A DNA stretch of 64,000 bases, from the NCBI GenBank assembly GCA_963708295.1, contig CAVPSJ010000013.1, forward strand, positions 96,001-160,000. Reading direction: 5' to 3'. Source of the DNA: an uncultured delta proteobacterium (GTDB lineage: Bacteria; Desulfobacterota; BSN033; UBA1163). This document shows positions 49,939 to 58,047 of this stretch, in pieces (the first letter of the stretch is position 1; each line of letters begins with the position of its first letter). The position numbers and the translations under genes are program-made. The notes below the pieces were generated by a model, which worked only from the letters and a program-made list of their open reading frames with translations, was not told the DNA's origin and did not search any database.

Positions 49939-52146
49939 ATGAAAAAATCTTCAAAAAAATCTTTGAAAAAACCTTCCAAGAAGCCTTTAAAAAAGCCTTT
50001 GAGAAAGGCTGGGAAAAAGGCTTTGAAGAAACCTTCCAAGAAGCCCTTGAAAAAAACTTCGAGAAAACTCTTAAAGAAACCGGCGAAGAAGCTTACCGTG
50101 AAGATTGCAAGAAAGCCTTCGAAGAAGCCTCCGAAGAAACGATCTATAAAACCATCGGTAAAACCATCGGTAAAACCTCTCAAACCATTAAAGAAGCCTT
50201 TATGGATACCCTCCGAGGCCAATATCAAAAATGCCAACGTGACTCGATTTATTGAGTTTGTGAATGGCAGGTTTGGCAAGAAATTTAATAGTTACGATGA
50301 CTTGTATCAGTGGTCCGTTGACTCCATTCCTGATTTCTGGGCTGGCGTGTGGGATTTTGTAGGGGTCAAAGCCTCAAGAAAGTGGGATCAGGTGGTGGAT
50401 GACTTGAAAAAGTTCCCGGGGGCAAAGTGGTTTGTCGGGGCAAGGCTCAATTTCGCGGAGAATCTATTGCGGTATCGGGACGACCGGCTGGCCTTTCTGT
50501 TCAAGGGAGAGACACAGAAATCTGCCAAAATGACGTATAAAGAACTTTATAACACGGTGGCCCGGCTGGCCAAATCTTTGCGGGAAATAGGCATTCAGCC
50601 AGGAGACCGGATCGCTGGCTATATGCCGAACATGATGGAAACGGCTATCGGCATGCTCGCAGCGACCAGCATCGGAGCTGTCTGGTCTTCTTGCGCCACA
50701 GACATCGGGTCGCAGGCTGCGCTGGATCGACTCGGGCAAATAGAACCTAAGGTCTTAATCTCCGTAGATGGATATTTTTATAAGGCAAAACCCTTCAACA
50801 CCCTGGGGAATGTGGCAGAGGTGGCCAAAGCGATCCCTTCCCTCAGGAAGGTTATTATTGTTTCCTATACGGGGACGAAACCGGATATCGGGAACATTCC
50901 CAATGCGGTCTACTACGAAGACTTCCTGTCTGCGGAAAAGGAACCTGGCTTGGAGTTTGAACAATTGCCTTTTGATCATCCCATCTTCATCATGTTCTCC
51001 TCCGGAACGACCGGGAAGCCTAAATGCATGGTGCAGGGAGCGGGCGGTATCTTACTCCACCATATGAAAGAGCTTATACTCCACAGCGATCTCAAGCGCG
51101 AGGACAAAGTTTTCTACATTACCACATGCAGCTGGATGATGTGGAACTGGTTGATCAGTACCCTAGGCGTAGGCTCCACAATCGTCTTGTATGATGGCAA
51201 CCCGAACTACCCCGATGCCGGGGCGATGTGGAAGATGGTACAGGACGAAAAGATAAGCTTTTTCGGTCTCAGCGCATCGTATATCAACTATCTCCGGGGC
51301 GAAGGGATTCAACCCGGAAAGACGTACGATCTTTCCTCTCTTCGAGAGATTTCTCAAACAGGTTCTCCACTGTCAAAGGAAGGGTTCGAGTGGATCTACG
51401 AGGAAGTGAAAAAGGACCTCCATTTCAATTCCATCGCAGGGGGCACGGACATCAACGGTTGTTTTGCCATCGGCAGCCCGATTCAACGTGTTTACGCCGG
51501 GGAGCTTCAAGGGCCGGGCCTGGGCATGAAGGTGAAGGCATATGACGAAAACGGGAAGCCGGTCTGGGATAAGGAGGGAGAGTTGGTATGTGAAGCTCCT
51601 GCTCCATGCATGCCGCTCTATTTCTGGAATGATCCCAACGGGGAAAAATATAAGAGCGCTTACTTCGAATATTATCCCAATGTCTGGCGCCACGGTGACT
51701 ATGTCGTCTTTCACAGTGACACCCAGGGGATCACCTTTTACGGCCGTTCCGACGCCGTTTTAAAACCTTCGGGAGTCCGGATCGGCACGGCTGAAATCTA
51801 TAACGTGGTGGAGAGGATCGAAGGAATCGCCGACAGCTTGGCCATTGGACAGAATTGGGAGGGCGAACAGCGCATCATCCTCTTCGTAAAGTTGGCAGCG
51901 GGTGCCCAGTTGACGGATGCATTGAAGGATAGCGTGAAGAAAGCACTGAAGGAAAAAGCCTCTCCCCGCCATGTTCCGGCAATCATCCTGGAGATGCCCG
52001 ATGCTCCCTATACCTTGAATATGAAAAAGGTGGAAAGTGCTGTCACCAATATTATCCATGGAAGACCGGTTCTGAACAGGGATGCTTTGAGCAATCCGCA
52101 GGTCCTGGATTACTTCGAGAAGATCGTTCCGGACCTTCAAAAATGA
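49939..52146 (+). CDS. Acetoacetate--CoA ligase with a Lys-rich N-terminal extension
   Basis: PLW.PS, WF.GARLNFAENLL, FSSGTTGKPKC, WMMWNW, SIAGGTDI, WRHGD, GRSDA.LKP.GVRIGTAEIY and SPRHVP motifs; AAGGAGG RBS before ATG 49939. Confidence 0.93.
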   Translation: MKKSSKKSLKKPSKKPLKKPLRKAGKKALKKPSKKPLKKTSRKLLKKPAKKLTVKIARKPSKKPPKKRSIKPSVKPSVKPLKPLKKPLWIPSEANIKNANVTRFIEFVNGRFGKKFNSYDDLYQWSVDSIPDFWAGVWDFVGVKASRKWDQVVDDLKKFPGAKWFVGARLNFAENLLRYRDDRLAFLFKGETQKSAKMTYKELYNTVARLAKSLREIGIQPGDRIAGYMPNMMETAIGMLAATSIGAVWSSCATDIGSQAALDRLGQIEPKVLISVDGYFYKAKPFNTLGNVAEVAKAIPSLRKVIIVSYTGTKPDIGNIPNAVYYEDFLSAEKEPGLEFEQLPFDHPIFIMFSSGTTGKPKCMVQGAGGILLHHMKELILHSDLKREDKVFYITTCSWMMWNWLISTLGVGSTIVLYDGNPNYPDAGAMWKMVQDEKISFFGLSASYINYLRGEGIQPGKTYDLSSLREISQTGSPLSKEGFEWIYEEVKKDLHFNSIAGGTDINGCFAIGSPIQRVYAGELQGPGLGMKVKAYDENGKPVWDKEGELVCEAPAPCMPLYFWNDPNGEKYKSAYFEYYPNVWRHGDYVVFHSDTQGITFYGRSDAVLKPSGVRIGTAEIYNVVERIEGIADSLAIGQNWEGEQRIILFVKLAAGAQLTDALKDSVKKALKEKASPRHVPAIILEMPDAPYTLNMKKVESAVTNIIHGRPVLNRDALSNPQVLDYFEKIVPDLQK
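49942..50202 (+). repeat. Coding 12-nt-period repeat (about 21 x KKP[SL]-like tetrapeptides)
   Basis: KKSS KKSL KKPS KKPL KKPL RKAG KKAL KKPS KKPL ...; 40 basic and 0 acidic residues in the first 88 aa. Confidence 0.92.
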
Positions 52147-52213
52147 ACAGTTCGGAGCAATTCGTTCGGTGTTCGGAGACATAAAAATACTCCGAACTCC
52201 GAACTTTCTCATC

Positions 52214-52591
52214 ATGACATTGACCCGAAAAGAGTTTGAGGAGTTGGTGGTTTTAGCGCTGAGGAGACTTCCCAAGTTCTTTAAAAAGAAGATGAAGAAT
52301 ATGGATGTCGTGGTGGAGGACCGGGCCTCACGAGATCTTCTTTCAGAGATGGGACTCCGATCCCCATTTGAATTATTAGGCCTTTATCAGGGGGTGCCCT
52401 TAGACCGAAGAGGGTTTTATTATGGGAATGTCCTTCCGGACAAGATCACACTCTTCCAGAGCCCGATCGAGTCGATGTGTCAAACCAAGGAGGAGATCGA
52501 AGAAAAAGTCAAAGAGGTTGTAATCCACGAAGTTGGGCATTACTTCGGATTGGACGACCAGAGGTTAAGGGAACTGGAGCGAGGCGAATAA
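52214..52591 (+). CDS. Zincin-like metallopeptidase family protein (DUF1025-type)
   Basis: LLGLYQGVPL, PDKITLF..PI and HEVGHYFG motifs. Confidence 0.9.
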   Translation: MTLTRKEFEELVVLALRRLPKFFKKKMKNMDVVVEDRASRDLLSEMGLRSPFELLGLYQGVPLDRRGFYYGNVLPDKITLFQSPIESMCQTKEEIEEKVKEVVIHEVGHYFGLDDQRLRELERGE

Positions 52592-52600
52592 CCCATCCCC

Positions 52601-53092
52601 TGTTCGCCCCAAGGGATGCCTTGGAGGAAGCCCCGGTTGTTTTAAGAAATGCGATGGGTTATGTTGATAAAGTAGAGGTGCTGAAGGAGGATTCCGAATA
52701 ACGAATTGGGGGCATTCGATTCAACCGCCCGTAAACACCCTCTTCGAGTGGAAACGTACGGACTCAACTTTAAGACGTCACCCCGGACCATTTCATTTAT
52801 CACGGATACAAGGTTTTTCCCTGAGCTTCCGAGTCTTTATCAGGGGGAAATCCGGGTGATTCACGTGGTCCCGCTAAAACCCGCGGGGAAGGAACCGATC
52901 GAGCACCTCTCGGTTGAGGAGGTGAGGACAATCCTCAAGAAAGCGAAGCCAAGATTGACTCTCTTGACCCATTTCGGAATGACGATGATCAAAGCGAAAC
53001 CCAGGTGGGTGGCTGCTGAATTGGAGAAAGAATTGGGGTTGAAGGGCGTTGCTGCGAGCGATGGTATGCAAATAAATTTGGTGGAGGTTTGA
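52601..53092 (+). pseudogene. 5'-truncated MBL-fold metallo-hydrolase remnant
   Basis: LFAPRDALE..PVV, then an in-frame TAA (52699-52701) and a frameshift into VETYG...ITDT...HLS...LTHFG; the N-terminal HxHxDH half is missing. Confidence 0.7.
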
Positions 53093-54216
53093 TGATGGAG
53101 AAGTGGATGGGAGGAGACATGCATCCGAGTTACCGGATACTGATGGGCCCCGGGCCGAGCAACGTCCACTACCGGGTTTACCAAGCGATGTCCAATCCGG
53201 TGATCGGATATCTCGATCCCCAAATTCTGGCCTGTATGGACGAGATCAGTGAAATGTTAAGAGGCGTTTTCCAGACGAAAAACAAGGTTACCCTGGCTAT
53301 TTCCGCTACAGGAAGTTCGGGGATGGAGACTTCGTATGTCAATTTCGTTGAACCCGGAGATGTGGTTGTCATTGGCGTGAACGGGTTCTTTGCAGACCGG
53401 ATGACCGAGGTGGCTTCCCGCTGTGGTGCGAGGGTCATTCGGGTTGAAGAGGAGTGGGGAAAGATCATTGAACCAGAAAAATTGATCAAAGTCTTAAAGC
53501 AACATCCTGAGGCCAAGATCTGTGGCGTCGTCCATGGAGAGACCTCCACCGGGGTGAGGCAGCCCCTTGAGGAAATAGGAGCCTATTGCAAAAAAGGGAC
53601 TACGCTCCTGGTGGTGGATGCTGTCACCACGTTAGGAGGATATGATGTAAAGGTTGATGGTTGGGGAGTCGATGTTTGCTACGGTAGTTCCCAGAAGTGT
53701 CTCAGCGTTCCGCCAGGACTTTCTCCCATTACGGTGAGTCCTAAGGCCATGGATACCCTCCGAGCGCGCAAGACAATGGTGCAAAGTTTTTATCTCGATC
53801 TATCATTGCTTGAAAAGTATTGGGGGGAAGAAAGGGTTTATCACCATACGGCGCCCGTTTCCATGTTCTATGCCTTGAGAGAAGGGTTGAAAATCGTTTA
53901 TGAAGAGGGCCTTGAGAATAGATTCCGGCGCCATGAAATGCTGGGCGATCGCTTGAAGATGGAGCTGGAGGGCCTGGGATTCAAACTTTTTGCACAGGAA
54001 GGATACCGCTTGCCCATGTTGACCTCGGTGGGTCTTCCTGCCGGGATGGATGACGCCAAGACACGGTCGAGACTACTGAACGAGTACAACATCGAAGTCG
54101 GAGCAGGTTTAGGCTGGCTGAAGGGGAAAATATGGAGAGTCGGACTCATGGGAGAGACCTGCAAACTCAGATATATCCATTGTCTGCTGGGAGCGCTTGC
54201 AGAGATCCCGGCGTGA
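53092..54216 (+). CDS. Alanine--glyoxylate/serine--pyruvate aminotransferase (class V PLP); start uncertain
   Basis: LMGPGPS, HGETSTG, VDAVT.LGG, SQKCLS.PPG, YHHTAP and WRVGLMG motifs. Confidence 0.92.
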   Translation: MMEKWMGGDMHPSYRILMGPGPSNVHYRVYQAMSNPVIGYLDPQILACMDEISEMLRGVFQTKNKVTLAISATGSSGMETSYVNFVEPGDVVVIGVNGFFADRMTEVASRCGARVIRVEEEWGKIIEPEKLIKVLKQHPEAKICGVVHGETSTGVRQPLEEIGAYCKKGTTLLVVDAVTTLGGYDVKVDGWGVDVCYGSSQKCLSVPPGLSPITVSPKAMDTLRARKTMVQSFYLDLSLLEKYWGEERVYHHTAPVSMFYALREGLKIVYEEGLENRFRRHEMLGDRLKMELEGLGFKLFAQEGYRLPMLTSVGLPAGMDDAKTRSRLLNEYNIEVGAGLGWLKGKIWRVGLMGETCKLRYIHCLLGALAEIPA

Positions 54217-54331
54217 TGACGGATTGTTGATGTAAGCCCCTACCTTATACCCTTCCGTCACCCCTTCTGCGAGCCCAAAGGGCATGGCAACCTCCGATTA
54301 CTCCTGATTTCGACGAGATTTCCATGAGTTC

Positions 54332-54706
54332 TTAGCTTTTCTCATTTCCAGATCCCTTCGCGTAGTCCGACATTCCTTGAAAGTCAACGACCACCACGGG
54401 CTCATCCCCGACAACCCAACCGTCATGTCCCGCCTCGAGCAGAGAAACATCCCCGGCCTTGAAATCCCTTTCCGACCCATCGTCCATTCTAACTCTTAAC
54501 GTTCCGGATACGTGATATTGAAAATGAGGAGCCTCGCAGCTTTTAGTGTTCATCAAAGGCTTGAGGGATTGAGACCATCTCCATCCCGGTTGGAGGGTGG
54601 CCCGCCCCACCGTCTTTCCGCCGATCGTTACAAGTTCCAATTTTCCCTTATCAAACGTCCTCACCTCATCCGGGTTATTAAGGCTTTTTCCTTCCATTCC
54701 TACCAT
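54332..54706 (-). CDS. Cupin-domain protein
   Basis: PDEVRTF..G, PGWRWS..KP, C...H..Y.VSG and GHD.WVVG.EP motifs; GGAGGT RBS before ATG 54706. Confidence 0.85.
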   Translation of the reverse strand: MVGMEGKSLNNPDEVRTFDKGKLELVTIGGKTVGRATLQPGWRWSQSLKPLMNTKSCEAPHFQYHVSGTLRVRMDDGSERDFKAGDVSLLEAGHDGWVVGDEPVVVVDFQGMSDYAKGSGNEKS

Positions 54707-54925
54707 CCTAATCACCTCCTCTGCCTTCAGTTCGTCTTTTTCTTTTGGTTCAAAGATGCTCATCGGAAATCCAACTGTCAAGCAAACACATCAGCCGTTC
54801 TCAACTCAAGAGCCTGAACATATGTGGAAAAAAGTTCCCACCCGTCTAAGAGAGGAGATAAGACGACTGAAGAGGGGTATTATGAAAATCTAAGGCATAA
54901 AACTTTCAGCTAACGAACTCTTTTA

Positions 54926-54953
54926 TTGACACCGCCGGACACTCCGTTATAAA
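54926..54953 (+). promoter_or_regulatory. Sigma70 promoter
   Basis: TTGACA-N16-TATAAA upstream of the 54976 ORF. Confidence 0.55.
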
Positions 54954-54975
54954 AAGGAAAAAGGAGCCGCACAAA

Positions 54976-56466
54976 ATGAAGAAACACCGTTCCGTCTTTC
55001 TGATCTTCCTTTTGTTCTTTTTTGCCGGCTGTACCTCAATGACGGCCCAACGAATTTCCCGGTCCTTAGACAGGCCGGAGGAGTGCCAGTCTTTCCTGAG
55101 CGTCCTGGATAAGAGAGTCGACCGGTCCGGTGTAAGGGATGCTGCAAGTTATCCCATCCCGGGGTTTTCTTACCTCCGGGCCAATCGTTTTCTTTCCTTT
55201 ATGAAAGACAGGACCGATACCCAAGGAGGAAGGGAACTATGGACCCTGTGGATGCAGAAACTGGATCTTGAAGCCAGGCAAAAGGAAATCAACAACCTGT
55301 CGGATGGTATTGTTTCTTCCTTTCCGGCGAAGCAAGGGGCAGAGCCAACCCGATCCGAGTTATACGATCGTGTGAAATCCTGCTCTGACAGGCTCTTCCA
55401 GCATGACAAGACCCGGCCGGGTGTTTATGAAATGCTGAATTCCGTCGTCGAGGTGCCAGAGGAGTATTCGTTTACGATGAGGGCCATCGGTCTCTATCCT
55501 CTTGTTGCCATCCCCGTCGCCGTACTTACGGATCGTTCACGAAAAAGGACCCGGTCATGGTTCGAAACGAATCTGGAAAATCTTCCTGTCGAGGGGCGGC
55601 TGAAAAGCTTCACTCCTGCGAAAACCTTCTCTCTAAGCCGGGAAGAGCTTCAGGCAATCATTGAATCATCAAAGGAAAATCCACTGGACGTTCCACTCCC
55701 GGACGAGAGCCAGGGTAAGAAGATCGTTGAGCACTTTGCGCCAGTATTCATCCAGGACGTTGCAGCTCCATACGATCGGATAGGCCGGTTGGTATGGAAT
55801 GGAGAGTGTCCGGATGTGGATCAAGAAAAGCCGACGGTGTATTATTATTTTTCCAATGCTTTCCTGAAGGGCAGGCCCATCCTGCAGATTAATTATGTGA
55901 TCTGGTTTTCGGAGCGCGCCGGAAAGAAGGCACCCGGAATTGAGCGGGGTCATCTGGACGGGTTGACGTTGCGGGTCTCGCTGGACGAGCAGGGAAAGCC
56001 TTTCATGGTGGATATCGTGAATGATTGCGGATGCTATCATTTATTTGCCCCCGAGAAGACCCGTGTGGATCAAATCATTTCAAAACCGTTGAAGTTTGAT
56101 CCCTTCGTCCCCCAGTGGTTGCCCGACCTTCTCCCGGACCAGCGCCTCGGGGTGCGTCTGAATTCGGGATGGCACCAGGTCCAGCGTCTGATTGCAGGAG
56201 AGGGCTTTCCTGCCCCGATTCCTTATGAGCTGGTGCCCTATGATGTCCTGGAGGTGCTTCCTCGCGGAGATGGCCGGACAGAAAGCATCTTTAACTCCAA
56301 AGGGATTGCGAAGTGCTCCGAAAGGATTGAGCGATTCATCCTCTTTTCCATGGGAATCCCCAGGATCGGTAGCATGCGCCAAAGGGGCCACCACGCCATA
56401 GAGTTAATCGGACGAGCCCAGTTCGATGACCCGACTCTTTTTGACGAAAGTTTCATTTTCAAATGA
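54976..56466 (+). CDS. Hypothetical lipoprotein with His/Cys-rich motifs
   Basis: Lipobox FAG|C; GHLDG, NDCGCYH, GWHQ and GSMRQRGHHA...FDDP motifs. Confidence 0.8.
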   Translation: MKKHRSVFLIFLLFFFAGCTSMTAQRISRSLDRPEECQSFLSVLDKRVDRSGVRDAASYPIPGFSYLRANRFLSFMKDRTDTQGGRELWTLWMQKLDLEARQKEINNLSDGIVSSFPAKQGAEPTRSELYDRVKSCSDRLFQHDKTRPGVYEMLNSVVEVPEEYSFTMRAIGLYPLVAIPVAVLTDRSRKRTRSWFETNLENLPVEGRLKSFTPAKTFSLSREELQAIIESSKENPLDVPLPDESQGKKIVEHFAPVFIQDVAAPYDRIGRLVWNGECPDVDQEKPTVYYYFSNAFLKGRPILQINYVIWFSERAGKKAPGIERGHLDGLTLRVSLDEQGKPFMVDIVNDCGCYHLFAPEKTRVDQIISKPLKFDPFVPQWLPDLLPDQRLGVRLNSGWHQVQRLIAGEGFPAPIPYELVPYDVLEVLPRGDGRTESIFNSKGIAKCSERIERFILFSMGIPRIGSMRQRGHHAIELIGRAQFDDPTLFDESFIFK

Positions 56467-57146
56467 TGCGAAAAGCCGTCTTGATAGTGCTTTCACTCGC
56501 CTTCCTGCTTCTCTACCTTGAGAACCTCGAAGCAATGGCCGGAAATGAAAAACAGATCCTCGCCGTTGCCCAAAATATGGAAGCTGCATTCAATAAATTA
56601 GAAGATTACACCTGTGAAGTAGAGCAGATATTTTATCGTGACGGAGCGGAGAATCAGCGATATCTTTTCAAGTTTTACTTTAAGAAAGAGAAAAAAATTC
56701 GGGTTGATTTCTTCCAGCCCCACTCCGGATTGACTATCTTTTATAGTAAAGAGGACAAAGAAGCGACCGTGATACCGCTTCGTTCCCTACCTGGCCTGAA
56801 ATTCCGGCTTTCCGTCGATAACCCTCTGATGAAAACACTAGCAGGACAGCGGATAACCCAGACCGACATGGGGTACTTTATTAAGTTCATGTTCAGGAAT
56901 CTCAGGAGCGTTGACCAGAAAGAGAACGAATTTCGGGAAGATAGCGACCGGGTGGAGTTCCTGTTCCGGGCCATGGACTATATCGAAGAGAAGTCTCCGG
57001 AAAAATATCGGATTTCTATTTCAAAAGAGCACTGGCTTCCCATCCGTATTGAGAGGTACGATTCAACAGACAGACGCCTCGAGGTCACTGACATTAGAAA
57101 TTATGTCCTCAACGCCCATCTGAAAGATGAGTTCTTTGTGCCGTAG
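56463..57146 (+). CDS. LolA-like outer-membrane lipoprotein carrier/sorting-fold protein
   Basis: Signal peptide, DYTC...Q, FYFKK..KIRVD..P and LP.RIE.YD...N..L.DE.F motifs; overlaps the upstream stop. Confidence 0.7.
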   Translation: MMRKAVLIVLSLAFLLLYLENLEAMAGNEKQILAVAQNMEAAFNKLEDYTCEVEQIFYRDGAENQRYLFKFYFKKEKKIRVDFFQPHSGLTIFYSKEDKEATVIPLRSLPGLKFRLSVDNPLMKTLAGQRITQTDMGYFIKFMFRNLRSVDQKENEFREDSDRVEFLFRAMDYIEEKSPEKYRISISKEHWLPIRIERYDSTDRRLEVTDIRNYVLNAHLKDEFFVP

Positions 57147-57440
57147 AATTTTCCTTCTCGTGCGCCGGGGTGTCAAGGTCGCAGAACCCTTCACGGCTTG
57201 CCAAAAAAGGCGACGAAAAACGGCACTCCGGGTTAGAGAAGCTTATTGTTAAAGAGTGTGAACTCAAACCATAATGGCGTCATCGTGCGGCTTCTCTATT
57301 TATACATTCAACCGTTATTCTCCAGTTCGTAATACCTTGTTTTTTCATGCTTTTCTTCTCTCCTAAAGTGGTCGTGTTCGCGCGTCTCCCTCGGCATTCG
57401 TCTTGCTGCAAGTGACGAGATATACGAGAAAATTGAGCGA

Positions 57441-57456
57441 TGGCATATATCTTGCT
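57441..57456 (+). promoter_or_regulatory. Sigma54 (-24/-12) promoter
   Basis: TGGCATATATCTTGCT fits TGGCA-N6-TTGCT with exact GG-N10-GC spacing, about 70 bp upstream of the pseudopilin ORF. Confidence 0.7.
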
Positions 57457-57527
57457 GCTTTCCTTCTAAGGAATGACAGAAAGACAACAACGAGTCTTAG
57501 GAGTCTACGTGGAATTTGGGTAAGAAT

Positions 57528-58034
57528 ATGTGCTATCCCAGCTTCTTGGACATTCTTCTCATAGGGGAGCAACCGCAGGAACGTGTTAGGGCTTTTACGC
57601 TTTTGGAGCTACTTGTTACGCTAGCGATCATTGGGACGTTAAGCGTGATTGCAGTGCCTATGGTCAATAACAACACCGAAAAGGCGAGAATTGCAACTGC
57701 CATGACCGATATCCGGGAGATGGAACTGGGAATCGTGAGGTTTCAAGCCGAGCGTGGAAGACCACCGGACACCCTTGCCGAAGCCGGACTTTCAATACAA
57801 CGCGACCCCTGGGGGCGTCCGTACCAGTATATGAGAATCGCAGGGTTGACAAAGCACGAGATGGATGCGAAGTGTCGGTGGGATAAGTATGATAAGCCGC
57901 TCAATCACGATTTCGACCTCTACAGCGTGGGGAAGGACGGGCAGACGAAGGCAAAGATTACGGACAAAGACAGCCATGATGACATCATCCGCGCGCATGG
58001 CGGGAGATACGTAGGCTTGGCTTCAGAATATTAG
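57528..58034 (+). CDS. Prepilin-type N-terminal cleavage/methylation protein (GspG-like pseudopilin); start uncertain
   Basis: RA|FTLLELLVTLAIIG class III signal, DPWGRPYQY, DLYSVGKDG and DDI motifs. Confidence 0.88.
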   Translation: MCYPSFLDILLIGEQPQERVRAFTLLELLVTLAIIGTLSVIAVPMVNNNTEKARIATAMTDIREMELGIVRFQAERGRPPDTLAEAGLSIQRDPWGRPYQYMRIAGLTKHEMDAKCRWDKYDKPLNHDFDLYSVGKDGQTKAKITDKDSHDDIIRAHGGRYVGLASEY

Positions 58035-58047
58035 CGTAGGCGAAAGG

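Noticed and set aside
49734-50279. 181-aa Phe-rich repetitive ORF on the minus strand
   Set aside because: It is the antisense shadow of the AAG/AAA-rich KKP repeat; the plus strand has the RBS and the enzyme fusion.
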